NCBI GenBank assembly: GCA_041690135.1
Contig: JAWLHY010000013.1
Coordinates: forward strand, 20,911 to 84,910
Source of the DNA: Armatimonadota bacterium
Lineage (GTDB): Bacteria; Armatimonadota; SYMT01
Direction: 5' to 3'
Length of the DNA stretch: 64,000 bases
The translations under genes were made by a program, and so were the position numbers. Shown in pieces: positions 27,263-35,963 of the stretch. Position 1 is the stretch's first letter, and each line of letters begins with the position of its first letter. Below the pieces are notes generated by a model. It saw nothing but the letters and a program-made list of their open reading frames with translations, searched no databases and had not been told where the DNA came from.

Positions 27263-27961
27263 ATGCCGCTCCGAACCCAACAACCAGCGAGTGTCTCGGT
27301 TCTCGAGGAGGCCACGCCGGCTGCCGCGAGCCAGGTTAACGGCGAGCGCCTGGACAAGGCCCGCGAGGCAGATGCGGCATGGCGTGAAGAACAGACCACC
27401 TCGGCACAGGCACGCCTGGACCGCGTAGCGTCGCTTCTTCTGTCGGCCGCAGAGGTGCTCACGGTTATGAGGAATACCTGCGGGTACGTCATGTCCGCAG
27501 GAATCTTCGGCCCGATGCTGCTGTTCGCATTCACCGGCATCGAGCGGTTTCAGTTGGGGCTCCAGATCCTTCTCGCCGCCCTGATTGCCTGCGTTGCTAC
27601 CCAATACGGCCGCAAAGGCATACTCGCTTTCCGGGAGCGCTGGGTTCGGGGTGCCATCGACCGGACCTACCGGCATTTAGGGATCGCACTGGAGTTGCCT
27701 GCGGCTCCCGCCCTCATCCGCTCCAGTGCCGCCGGAGCCCGGCGCCGGCGAGACCGCCTGACCGACCTGGCCTTCCTGCTGAAGCACGGCGGACGCCTCG
27801 CCCTTCTCCTGGGCTGCCTCTCACCCCTTGTCGTGGGCTCCTTCCCGCTGTTCTTATCGGATAACTGGAAGGTACTACTCTTCGCCGCGCTTCCCGTCGG
27901 GTTCGTCCTCTGGAAGCTCTGCGAGGGCCTGTCCGAAGTGCTGCGTCCGAAGGGGGAATAG
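27263..27961 (+). CDS. Hypothetical membrane protein with GxRLDxARxxDAAWR motif
   Basis: About 4 TM segments; motif shared with the 52839 gene. Confidence 0.7.
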   Translation: MPLRTQQPASVSVLEEATPAAASQVNGERLDKAREADAAWREEQTTSAQARLDRVASLLLSAAEVLTVMRNTCGYVMSAGIFGPMLLFAFTGIERFQLGLQILLAALIACVATQYGRKGILAFRERWVRGAIDRTYRHLGIALELPAAPALIRSSAAGARRRRDRLTDLAFLLKHGGRLALLLGCLSPLVVGSFPLFLSDNWKVLLFAALPVGFVLWKLCEGLSEVLRPKGE

Positions 27962-28246
27962 CCACACTCTCAGGCCGCCGACCAAACGGGTATAAGGAAG
28001 GCGGCTGTTCGTGCAATAATCCCTTTGGAACAAAGACACGCCAGTTCGAAAGATGTCCTGCCGTTGTGATCCCTTACCGGCGGGCTGGTTTGCCTTGGCA
28101 GGCTGCGCTGGTGATTCTCGTGTCCACCCTGTCCTGCCGGTCCACCTCCGCACCCTCAACTCCGGCCGCAACGGTCAAGAACAGGTGTGCTCACTCCCGA
28201 CCCGGTTCCAATCTGAAAGGACTTCACTTTGAATACGGAAGCCATC

Positions 28247-29056
28247 ATGCAGGGGTTGAACAGAGGGTTTCTTGGCGGCATCATCGAGGGTCTGCTGCTG
28301 GCCTGGCCCCTTTTGCTGATGCTCGGCGCGGTCGGTGCCGCGAAGTTCGCTTATCGGGTGTGGGAGAAACGGCGGCTGGCTGCGTCCGGGATTGAAGAGA
28401 TCGACCGGATGGACGGCAGGACGTTCGAGAAGTACATGGGAGTCGTCTTCGAGCGCCTCGGCTACCGGGTGGAACTGACCCAATACGTGGGGGACTACGG
28501 GGCGGATCTCGTGGTGCGGAAGGACGGCGTGAAAACGGTGATCCAGGCCAAGCGCTACAAGCAGAGCGTCGGGGTGCGGGCGATCCAGGAGGCCGTGGCC
28601 GCGAAGGGCTATTACGGCTGTGAGGCGGCCATGGTTGCGACCAACAGCCGGTTCACCCGGCAGGCGGTAACGCTGGCGGAGGCAAATGGGGTCGCTCTCT
28701 GGGACCGAAGTCGCCTGGTGGCCGCCCTCCTATCCGTGAAGGGGGAAATAGGCCCAGCGGCACTCGCGATCTCTACTGCGGCTTCTGCGCAATCTTCCGC
28801 GCCCACGGCAGCACGAGTGGCACCGATGGCACCAGTGGCCCCGGCGGCTTCGACCGCTCCTACCGCACCGGCGGCCCCCAAGGTACCGGCCGTCGATTCC
28901 GTTCGATGTGCCACGTGCGGCAAGAACGTGTCCGAAAAGGTCCGCGCCTACTGTATCGAGCGCCCGGACCGGTTCGGCGGACAGGTCTACTGCTACGACC
29001 ACCAGCGTGCCGCCTCCCGCCCACCTGCCACGACCGGGGCTGCTCACGAGAATTAG
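28247..29056 (+). CDS. Mrr-like (Mrr_cat) restriction endonuclease with N-terminal TM and C-terminal Zn-finger
   Basis: FE..F..LGY.V..T...GDYGAD...IQAKRY...VG..AIQE; CxxC...C...YC..H tail. Confidence 0.88.
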   Translation: MQGLNRGFLGGIIEGLLLAWPLLLMLGAVGAAKFAYRVWEKRRLAASGIEEIDRMDGRTFEKYMGVVFERLGYRVELTQYVGDYGADLVVRKDGVKTVIQAKRYKQSVGVRAIQEAVAAKGYYGCEAAMVATNSRFTRQAVTLAEANGVALWDRSRLVAALLSVKGEIGPAALAISTAASAQSSAPTAARVAPMAPVAPAASTAPTAPAAPKVPAVDSVRCATCGKNVSEKVRAYCIERPDRFGGQVYCYDHQRAASRPPATTGAAHEN

Positions 29057-29151
29057 TCCCGCCACTCTACGCCGCAAGAACATTCCGGAAACTGTTCCCA
29101 AAGTGCGGAGTGCTCTTCCCTTGATAGGCGTGAAATCCTGAGGCCGCAAGT

Positions 29152-29191
29152 AAAAAAGAAGGGCTCCCCGGCATCGCCAGGGAGCCCTTCT
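29152..29191 (-). terminator. Rho-independent terminator of the tRNA-Leu transcript
   Basis: gaagggctccc-N11-gggagcccttc followed by TTTTTT on the minus strand. Confidence 0.8.
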
Positions 29192-29204
29192 CTTGTATGC
29201 TTTC

Positions 29205-29243
29205 CTTTGCGGCCCTCTGCGAGACGCTGCGTCTTTGCGGTGA
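29205..29243. repeat. 39-bp dispersed repeat, copy 2
   Basis: Matches 24122-24160; lies between the tRNA 3' end and its terminator. Confidence 0.8.
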
Positions 29244-29256
29244 GGACCACTGTGGA

Positions 29257-29338
29257 TGCCGAAGGCGGGGGTCGAACCCGCACTCCTTTCGGAACCGGTT
29301 TTTGAGACCGGCGCGTCTGCCTATTCCGCCACTTCGGC
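29257..29338 (-). tRNA. tRNA-Leu(CAA); CCA not encoded
   Basis: GCCGAAG/CTTCGGC acceptor stem, GGCGGAATAGGCAGAC D-arm, CCGGT-CT-CAA-AA-ACCGG anticodon arm, long variable arm, GTTCGA T-loop. Confidence 0.97.
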
Positions 29339-29375
29339 ACGTGGAAGCGCGCGGGACGGGGTCCCGTACAGTGGC

Positions 29376-29405
29376 ATTATAGGGACCCTTACCCCACCCC
29401 GTCAA
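29376..29405 (-). promoter_or_regulatory. Sigma70 promoter of tRNA-Leu
   Basis: TTGACG-N18-TATAAT on the minus strand. Confidence 0.75.
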
Positions 29406-29505
29406 TATTGCGGATACGGTGTTCTGTTTGGCAAAGCTGGGCATAAGTGGAGAAAGCCTCGGGGGCGAGCAACCCGGAGGTAACCGACGTAACCGGAGGA
29501 CCCCC

Positions 29506-30543
29506 ATGCAGAAACCCAGCCAGGAGCTGTGGCGGCAGCTATACGAGACGATGGCCCGATTCAAAGAGCTGGCCCCGTGGACGTGGATGCACGAGTCGAA
29601 CCTTGTGGGGGTGAAAGATCCAGACTCGGACCTCACGTTATACTGCCAGGTGCTCGGCGGGATGGGCGAGCATTTCGCGCTCTCGGCCTACCCCGGCGAA
29701 GAGGGTCTGGCTACGCTCTGGCACCTGGTGAGCCGGCCGCTGGACGAAATGCCGGATCCCATCGAAGTCCTAGGCACACAGCATTGCCTGATGGCCTCGT
29801 TCGAGGATCGCGAACTGCTCCAGAAACGAGACCTCGACACCATCCGTGAGCTGGGGCTCAAGTTCCGCGGCCGCGGCCAGTGGCCGTTGTTCCGGAGCTA
29901 TCGACCTTACGAGGTGCCGTGGTTCCTCACCGCGGAGGAAGCGCGGCAACTGACCCTGTGCCTGGAGCAGACGATGGAAGTGGCGGTCCGATTCCGCGAG
30001 GACCGCAGCCTGATCCCGCCGGCCGAACCGGAGGGTCCCTACCTGATCCGGGAGCCGGAGAAGTCCGCGAAAGGCATTACCTGGAAGGACACCGTCCGTG
30101 AGATTGCGCTTCCGCCCGTAAGCGGGGTGAGTTTCTCGGTTCCCGAGGACAGCTATTACGACGAGATCCTGGAGTCCACCCCTCCTACCGACGGGGTGAT
30201 CGAGCTCGATTACACGATCCTCCCGGACGCCGTGCGGGGCGAGGAGAGCGAGCGGCCCTTCTATCCCTTTCTGGTGCTGGTATCGGAGCCGAAATCCGGC
30301 CTGATCCTGGGGCAGAAGTTCGTCCGCCACGAGCAGATCGGTGAGGCGATTGTCGACGCCTTCTTCGATACGGTGGAGAACTTGGGGATGATGCCGGCTC
30401 GGGTCCACGTCACCCGACCGATGACCGCAGCCATCCTGCGGATCATCGCGGAGCCACTGGAGATCGAAGTGCGGGAAGTCGAGCGCCTGCGCGGCATCGA
30501 AATGTTCCAGCGAGAATTCCTGGGTCTCGCCGGTCGGATGTAG
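29506..30543 (+). CDS. Conserved hypothetical protein (DUF6930/DUF7309-like)
   Basis: W..LY....F..LAPW, Y..VLG..GE, RG...WP.FRS..P...PW.L motifs; GGAGGA RBS. Confidence 0.75.
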   Translation: MQKPSQELWRQLYETMARFKELAPWTWMHESNLVGVKDPDSDLTLYCQVLGGMGEHFALSAYPGEEGLATLWHLVSRPLDEMPDPIEVLGTQHCLMASFEDRELLQKRDLDTIRELGLKFRGRGQWPLFRSYRPYEVPWFLTAEEARQLTLCLEQTMEVAVRFREDRSLIPPAEPEGPYLIREPEKSAKGITWKDTVREIALPPVSGVSFSVPEDSYYDEILESTPPTDGVIELDYTILPDAVRGEESERPFYPFLVLVSEPKSGLILGQKFVRHEQIGEAIVDAFFDTVENLGMMPARVHVTRPMTAAILRIIAEPLEIEVREVERLRGIEMFQREFLGLAGRM

Positions 30544-30597
30544 GTGGGCCGGAGTGTTCGGGAGGTGACCTCCAGGTGAGCCGGCGAACAATCACCC

Positions 30598-31386
30598 GTG
30601 CCCACCGTTGTCACCACTCCCGAAACGGAAGCGTCGCCGCGTAGCGTGGCGGATGCCGGCGCCTGGCTGGAAGCCTTCCACCGGGAACCCGGGAAGGTGC
30701 GCTTCCGGCGCGTGCTCGAGCTTCCGGACATCCCCGAGGCGGTGCCCCTGCTCTGCCACGCCCTGGAAGATGACGATCCGCAAGTCCGACGTGCCGCTGC
30801 CGAAGCCCTCGGCCGGATCGGCGATCCGCGAGCGCTGGGACCGCTCCAGAAGGAACTTACTCGCGATATATCCCGAGGGTCCAGTCAGCGAGGGCAAATT
30901 GCGGGTCGATGCCTTCTCATCTTTCGTTCTTTGGGGATGTTTGCCGGTCTCTGGCTTCCATTCTCATTGGAGCGACTTCCGGCACAATTCCGGGGTCCTA
31001 TCGCGCTGACGGTGTTCCTATGCTGGCTTCTTGTCACGTTTCACTTCTGGTTCGTCGATGTACGGGGTGTCAGCCAGCGAAATCGTGCCCGGCGAGCTGC
31101 TATCCAAAGCCTGGTCCGCATCACGGAAGCGCATGCGACGGTGGAGGTCCAGCAGGCGCTCCCCGAACTCCGCACCATAGCCGCGAGCCCGCTGATGGTG
31201 GACCGCGACACCCGCCGGGCCTGCCGGGAAGCGGCGAGACGAATCCAGGACCTGACCGCGCACCTCCGCTCGCTTCCCGTTCCCGCCGCACCCCAGCCCA
31301 CCGGTCCCGAAGTTCTCCCCCGCCCGGTCGAAGCCGCGCCGCAGCCGGATACCGCCCGTCTGCCCCGATTACCCAAAGGCAGATGA
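30598..31386 (+). CDS. HEAT-TM hairpin-HEAT protein, paralog 1
   Basis: AVPLLC..L.DDDP.VRRAAAEALGRIGDPRA; two TM; Pro-rich LPxP tail. Confidence 0.85.
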   Translation: MPTVVTTPETEASPRSVADAGAWLEAFHREPGKVRFRRVLELPDIPEAVPLLCHALEDDDPQVRRAAAEALGRIGDPRALGPLQKELTRDISRGSSQRGQIAGRCLLIFRSLGMFAGLWLPFSLERLPAQFRGPIALTVFLCWLLVTFHFWFVDVRGVSQRNRARRAAIQSLVRITEAHATVEVQQALPELRTIAASPLMVDRDTRRACREAARRIQDLTAHLRSLPVPAAPQPTGPEVLPRPVEAAPQPDTARLPRLPKGR

Positions 31387-31437
31387 CAGCTCTCACTTAC
31401 AGCGTGAGAGAGGCGCTTTCAGGGTGCCTTACCTTTT

Positions 31438-31487
31438 CCTTTTCGTGTCTTTCGTCATTTCGCGATTTCGCGTTGGCCCGCGCAGCG
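31438..31487. repeat. TTTCG-based 8-9-mer repeat, copy 1
   Basis: ccttttcgtgtctttcgtcatttcgcgatttcgcgttggcccgcgcagcg, similar to 33188-33236. Confidence 0.7.
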
Positions 31488-31570
31488 TCTGGGGCTTGTC
31501 TTGGGCTTGGACTCCTGTAGTAAGTGAGCGGAGTGCCGCAAATATCCTCTGAGGTTGAGCGCTTCAATGG

Positions 31571-32308
31571 ATGATCTTGTGCCTGATGAACCAACTGTGG
31601 AGGAAGAGATTCAGGGCCCTGATGGCGCACTTTCGGGGTGGAAACTCCGGCGTCCGGGTGCGCATGATCCGGCGAATGGGCCGACTGGGGGTCCCGGCAG
31701 TGGGAAAGCTCTGCTGGGCTCTCCGCCACCACGACCCTGCTGTCGTGACCGCGGCCGCGCAGGCACTCGGTGAAATCGGTGATCCCCGCGCGGTTGAGCC
31801 GCTGGTCAAGACGCTGCGTCGCAATCTTCTGGGTGGTAGCGGAACGCGCCAACTCTGGGTCGGAAGTCTGACCTGGTGGTGCTGTCTCGTTTGCTCGGTG
31901 TGGTGGGGGTGGACCATCCTTTCGGGAGGCAAAGGTTCGCTCCTCACCCTGGGAGTCATGTTGGCATCCATACTCGCATCCCTGCTTCGCAACCACTCGG
32001 AACGGCGAAGCGCATTGCGAGCGGCGTGTGTGGAGGCTCTCGGTCGTATTGCCGAAGCATCCTCGTCGCTGGAGGTGCGCAGCGTCCTACCTGACATCCG
32101 CGCACTCGCCCGGGATACGTACATTCAAAAGCCGGGCACTCACGGGACGACCCTGGAAGCACTGCGCCGGATCGAGGCGGCGACCGCCGTGGCTCATCAA
32201 CTGCCGCTTCCGGCTTCTCCCCAGGCAGATACCTCGGACACCTTGCCCCTTCCCGCCCGCTCGGCCGAGGCGGAGGAAGTCGGCACCCTCCCGCGGGTCA
32301 CCGGTTAG
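31571..32308 (+). CDS. HEAT-TM hairpin-HEAT protein, paralog 2
   Basis: AV.KLC.AL...DP.V...AA.ALGEIGDPRA; two TM; LPLPA..LPLPA..LPRV tail. Confidence 0.8.
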   Translation: MILCLMNQLWRKRFRALMAHFRGGNSGVRVRMIRRMGRLGVPAVGKLCWALRHHDPAVVTAAAQALGEIGDPRAVEPLVKTLRRNLLGGSGTRQLWVGSLTWWCCLVCSVWWGWTILSGGKGSLLTLGVMLASILASLLRNHSERRSALRAACVEALGRIAEASSSLEVRSVLPDIRALARDTYIQKPGTHGTTLEALRRIEAATAVAHQLPLPASPQADTSDTLPLPARSAEAEEVGTLPRVTG

Positions 32309-32362
32309 CGCGGCTGGACTTCGCCTCGGCCGCGAATCCGGTCCCGATTCTCCCCGGGGAGT

Positions 32363-33175
32363 GTGAGGGAGGTGACTGCCAGGCAGCCCGTCGAACGAAC
32401 ACCCGTGGTGACCGCCCGTAACACCCGCAAACCGGACCAGCAGGGACTGCTCCGAACGGAAACTGAATCCTGGAGAGAAACCTCTCTCCCGGAAAGCCCG
32501 CGTGAACGCCTCCGGCTGATTGCCGATCTGCGAGAGGATGATCCCGACGCCGTGCCCCTCCTCTGCCGCTTCCTGGCGGACGACGACCCCGAAGTCCGCC
32601 GTGCTTCCGCCGAAGCGCTCGGTCGCATCGGCGATCCCCGCGCAGTCGGTCCACTGCGGAAGGCGTTGACCCACGGCCTCTCGCTAAAAACCCACCGGAA
32701 GCACAATCAAGCTACCCGGGTGGGGATGGTGTTGCTTGTCCTGATCGTGTGCCTTCAACTGTATTTGCTTCGCGATAGCTTCCCCATTTTAAGGGCAAGC
32801 TCGCTCTTTAGCCTGCTGTTTACGCAGGTCTTCATGGTAGTGTGTGGGTGGCAGGACCGCCGGAAACTCATCTTTGCTCGGCGGGCCGCCGTCGAGAGCC
32901 TCGTGCGCATCACCGAACACCATGCCACGGCGGAGGTCCAGCAGGCGCTCCCGGAGCTGCGCGCGATGGCCGCAAGCCCGCTGATGTACGATCGGGAAAC
33001 GCGGCGGATTTCCCATGAGGCAGCGCGGCGCATCGAGGACCTGACGGCGCACATTCGCACCCTTCCCGTTCCCGCCGCGCCCCAGCCCACCGAACCCGAG
33101 GCTCTTCCTCTCCCAGTCGAATCCGCTCCGGAGCCGGATGTCGCTTCCCTTCCCCGAGTATCCGAAGGCACGTGA
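32363..33175 (+). CDS. HEAT-TM hairpin-HEAT protein, paralog 3
   Basis: HEAT block and C-terminal ~100 aa closely match paralog 1; unrelated TM middle. Confidence 0.85.
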   Translation: MREVTARQPVERTPVVTARNTRKPDQQGLLRTETESWRETSLPESPRERLRLIADLREDDPDAVPLLCRFLADDDPEVRRASAEALGRIGDPRAVGPLRKALTHGLSLKTHRKHNQATRVGMVLLVLIVCLQLYLLRDSFPILRASSLFSLLFTQVFMVVCGWQDRRKLIFARRAAVESLVRITEHHATAEVQQALPELRAMAASPLMYDRETRRISHEAARRIEDLTAHIRTLPVPAAPQPTEPEALPLPVESAPEPDVASLPRVSEGT

Positions 33176-33187
33176 TTCCCAGGGCTC

Positions 33188-33236
33188 CCTTTTCGCGTTT
33201 TCGTCATTTCGTGTTTTCGTGCTGGCCCACGCAACG
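33188..33236. repeat. TTTCG-based repeat, copy 2
   Basis: ccttttcgcgttttcgtcatttcgtgttttcgtgctggcccacgcaacg. Confidence 0.7.
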
Positions 33237-33265
33237 CCCGAGACCTACCCTTGTTGCGGGAGTCG

Positions 33266-34114
33266 TTAGAGATGAGCATCGATCAGCCAGTTGCCGGGAG
33301 TTTCCTGCGCGCTGACTTTGGCGGGCGGGAGGCATTGGCGGTCATAAATCGCCGGCAGGATGGAAGATGGGGTCACCTGCGCGCGCCAGCCGTGCTGGCG
33401 GAAGAAGCCTTCCGGGTCATCGGTGCCGAAGCGCCAGGGGCAGCCGCGCTCATCCAGCATCCGGTGCCAGGACTCCATCTCGGGGGCGGTGAGCAGGGCT
33501 GAGTTTCCCAGGTCGGCGCCTACCCGGCTTCCCGGAGCAGAAAGCTCCGTTACCCGGTCGAGCAAGAGGCGCGCCTCTCCTTCCTCCAGGTAGACCATGA
33601 GTCCCTCCACCAGCCACAGGGTGGGCTCCGCGGGCACGAACCCGGCACGGAGCAGGTCGTTAGCCCACGGTTCGGCCAGGTCTACCGGTACGGTGTGCCG
33701 GGTGCAGCGGGGATTCGCGCCGGATTCCGTCAAGATCGCCTCCTTCACGGCGAAAAGCTCGGGGCGATCCAACTCGAAGAAGCCCGTGCCCGCGGGCCAC
33801 TCTAACCGGAAGGCACGGGCGTCCATGCCTGCTGCGGGAAGGACCACCTGTCGCAGCCCTTCCGTTCGGGTAACCTGCAGCAGGTAATCGTCGAAGTAGC
33901 GGGTCCGCAGCGCCAGGTAGAGGGCCGAGTCCCGGCCGCTGCCGGCCTGGACCGCGTCGGCGCCCTCCAGCCAGGCAAAACCCTGCGCGCCGGCGAACTT
34001 TGCCGCCAGGGGATCCGCAAAGAGACGGTCGGGACGGGCCGTCTCACGGGCACGCACGGCGGCAACCCAGCGGGCAGTGCGGGCCACGGCGTCCATTTCG
34101 GGGTGGGAGTTCAT
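33266..34114 (-). CDS. SAM-dependent methyltransferase (leucine carboxyl methyltransferase / TIGR00027-like)
   Basis: TA..VAA.RA.E..R.D.L..DP.A, RTRYFDD, QVV..AAGMDARA.RL, ELD, EGLMVYL. Confidence 0.9.
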   Translation of the reverse strand: MNSHPEMDAVARTARWVAAVRARETARPDRLFADPLAAKFAGAQGFAWLEGADAVQAGSGRDSALYLALRTRYFDDYLLQVTRTEGLRQVVLPAAGMDARAFRLEWPAGTGFFELDRPELFAVKEAILTESGANPRCTRHTVPVDLAEPWANDLLRAGFVPAEPTLWLVEGLMVYLEEGEARLLLDRVTELSAPGSRVGADLGNSALLTAPEMESWHRMLDERGCPWRFGTDDPEGFFRQHGWRAQVTPSSILPAIYDRQCLPPAKVSAQETPGNWLIDAHL

Positions 34115-35666
34115 GTCGACGGGTCGTGCGATGCTCTACGGATTGGCCAACCTGGCCTACTTCCTGGGGTATTCCGCCTTTAACACATACGTGCTCTTTT
34201 TCTACACCGAGCACCTGCGTCTCTCCCCGGTGGCCGTGGGTCGGGCGTGGTTCCTGTTCGGTATCTGGAACACCGTCAACGACCTGGTGATGGGGTGGCT
34301 CTCCGACCGGGCTGCCGCGCGCCGGGGTCGAACCTTTTTCCTCATCCTGTTCGCCGTGCCCCTGGGGCTGGCGTTCGCCCTGGTGTGGTCGCCGCCGGGG
34401 TTCGTACTGCGGGGTGGGACCACGGTGGCCATCGCCTACTTCCTGATCGCCATCAGCCTGTACGACGTGCTGCAGACGGCGGTCAACATCAGCCAGCACG
34501 CCGCCTTCCCAGAGATCGCCTCGGCGCGGGACGACCGCTCCCGCACTTCGGCTATCCGGCAGGCACTCGGCATCGTGGGGACAATCCTGGGAGTGGCGGT
34601 CTCCCCGCTCATCTACGCGCACCTGGGCTGGGCGTGGCTGGGCATCCTCTGGGGCGGCGCCATCTGTGCCTTCAATCTCCTCTCCCTCCCCGGTTTCCGC
34701 CCCACTTCCGGCGGAGCCAGTGCACCTGCATCGGCGGACCTTCCTGTAGCGCTTATGGCAGATCGTCCCCCCAGCGTTCAGTCTCCAACCGCTGGCCCAA
34801 CGTCGGAACGTTTACCTCCCACAGGGGGGCCGAATGCCAACTGCCCGGCCGCCGAACACCCGAACACCGAACACCTGAACACCGACTGCCCAACCGCTCA
34901 CCCCCCGAACACCGAACGCCCGAGTGTGCTATACCCATCGCCTGAACGCCTGAATGCCGAAAGCCTGAACACCCCCCGCCCCAAGCTCCTGTCCCTCTTC
35001 CTCGAGCCCACCTTCCTCCTGTATGTGGGCATCCAGTTTTCGATACGGCTGGCGCTGGCCTTCCTGCAGACCCTGCTGCCGTTCTTCAGCCGGCACGTGC
35101 TGGGCCTCTCCGCCAACCAGTTGTCCGCGGCGATGGGCGTGATGCTGGTGAGCGCCGCCCTGGCCGCCCCGCTCTGGCCGCGGGTCCTCGTCCGCCGAGA
35201 AGTGCGCACCGTGGCGATAGGGGCGCTTTCCTACCTGGCGCTGCTCGTGGCAAGTTTTCTGGTGGTGAGCGACTTCCGGGTGCTGCTGGGAGTTATGCTG
35301 CTCGTGGGACCGGTCTATGCGGGCCTGGTGATGACCCTGGACCTGCTGTTCGCGCAGATCGTGGATCAGGATTTCGTCCGCACCGGCGAATCGCGCGCGG
35401 GGTTGTTCAGCGGACTGGTGGGGACCACCCTCCGCTTTTCACCGGCCCTGGCCGGCCTGGTGATTGGAGAGGTGCTGGGGGCCAGCGGTTTCGATCCTGC
35501 GTTACCCGCGCAGCCCGGCACGGTTTCCGTGGCGCTCCGCATTCTGATGACGGTGGGCCCGGCCATGGCACTGGTCCTTGCCGTAGGGTTCCTGATCCTC
35601 TACCCTCTCCATGGCCACCGTCTCCGGGAGATTGAAGAGGCGGTCAAACAGCAAACGAGTTGTTGA
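34113..35666 (+). CDS. MFS transporter, GPH/MFS_2 family, with long repeat-containing central loop
   Basis: About 12 TM; W..VND..MG.LSDR, A..VD.D...TG..R.G.F motifs. Confidence 0.88.
   Translation: MSTGRAMLYGLANLAYFLGYSAFNTYVLFFYTEHLRLSPVAVGRAWFLFGIWNTVNDLVMGWLSDRAAARRGRTFFLILFAVPLGLAFALVWSPPGFVLRGGTTVAIAYFLIAISLYDVLQTAVNISQHAAFPEIASARDDRSRTSAIRQALGIVGTILGVAVSPLIYAHLGWAWLGILWGGAICAFNLLSLPGFRPTSGGASAPASADLPVALMADRPPSVQSPTAGPTSERLPPTGGPNANCPAAEHPNTEHLNTDCPTAHPPNTERPSVLYPSPERLNAESLNTPRPKLLSLFLEPTFLLYVGIQFSIRLALAFLQTLLPFFSRHVLGLSANQLSAAMGVMLVSAALAAPLWPRVLVRREVRTVAIGALSYLALLVASFLVVSDFRVLLGVMLLVGPVYAGLVMTLDLLFAQIVDQDFVRTGESRAGLFSGLVGTTLRFSPALAGLVIGEVLGASGFDPALPAQPGTVSVALRILMTVGPAMALVLAVGFLILYPLHGHRLREIEEAVKQQTSC
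34852..34973 (+). repeat. CCGAACA(C) 7/8-mer repeats inside the MFS CDS
   Basis: ccgaacac-ccgaacac-cgaacac-ctgaacac..., reverse complement of the GGGTGTTC unit at 50699. Confidence 0.75.
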
Positions 35667-35951
35667 AATGTCCACCCTATTGCCCGCTGCGTCCGCTGCC
35701 GCGACCGGCCCGACACGGCGGAGGTCGCCATCGTGGTCGCGGACGAATGGCAGCGACTCGGGGCTGGCGCGCTGTTGTTCCGCGAGTTGAGCTCTCGCGC
35801 TCGTGCCGTGGGCATCCGGATGTGGGTGGCCTCACTCCTCGCCGAAAACGCAGGGGCACTGCGCCTGTTGGAGGAAGTCGGCGTCGAGCGTTCCCGCCGC
35901 TACGAAGGACCGGGATTCCTCGAGGTCGAGTACGAACTCCTGCCGGAATAG
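35667..35951 (+). pseudogene. C-terminal half of a GNAT acetyltransferase
   Basis: IARCVR....AEVAIVVADEWQRLGAG.LL..L...AR..GI....A.LL.EN..AL.LL; N-half missing; in frame with the MFS UGA. Confidence 0.7.
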
Positions 35952-35963
35952 CCACCGTCCCTA

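Noticed and set aside
19000-29338. Integrative element or prophage at tRNA-Leu
   Set aside because: No integrase, phage genes or duplicated tRNA 3' end seen by eye.
30598-33175. Diversity-generating retroelement behind the HEAT variability
   Set aside because: No reverse transcriptase and no TR/VR pair differing only at adenines; the variable regions are wholly dissimilar.
35661-35720. Selenocysteine recoding of the MFS UGA
   Set aside because: No convincing SECIS hairpin, and the position is not a redox site of either family.
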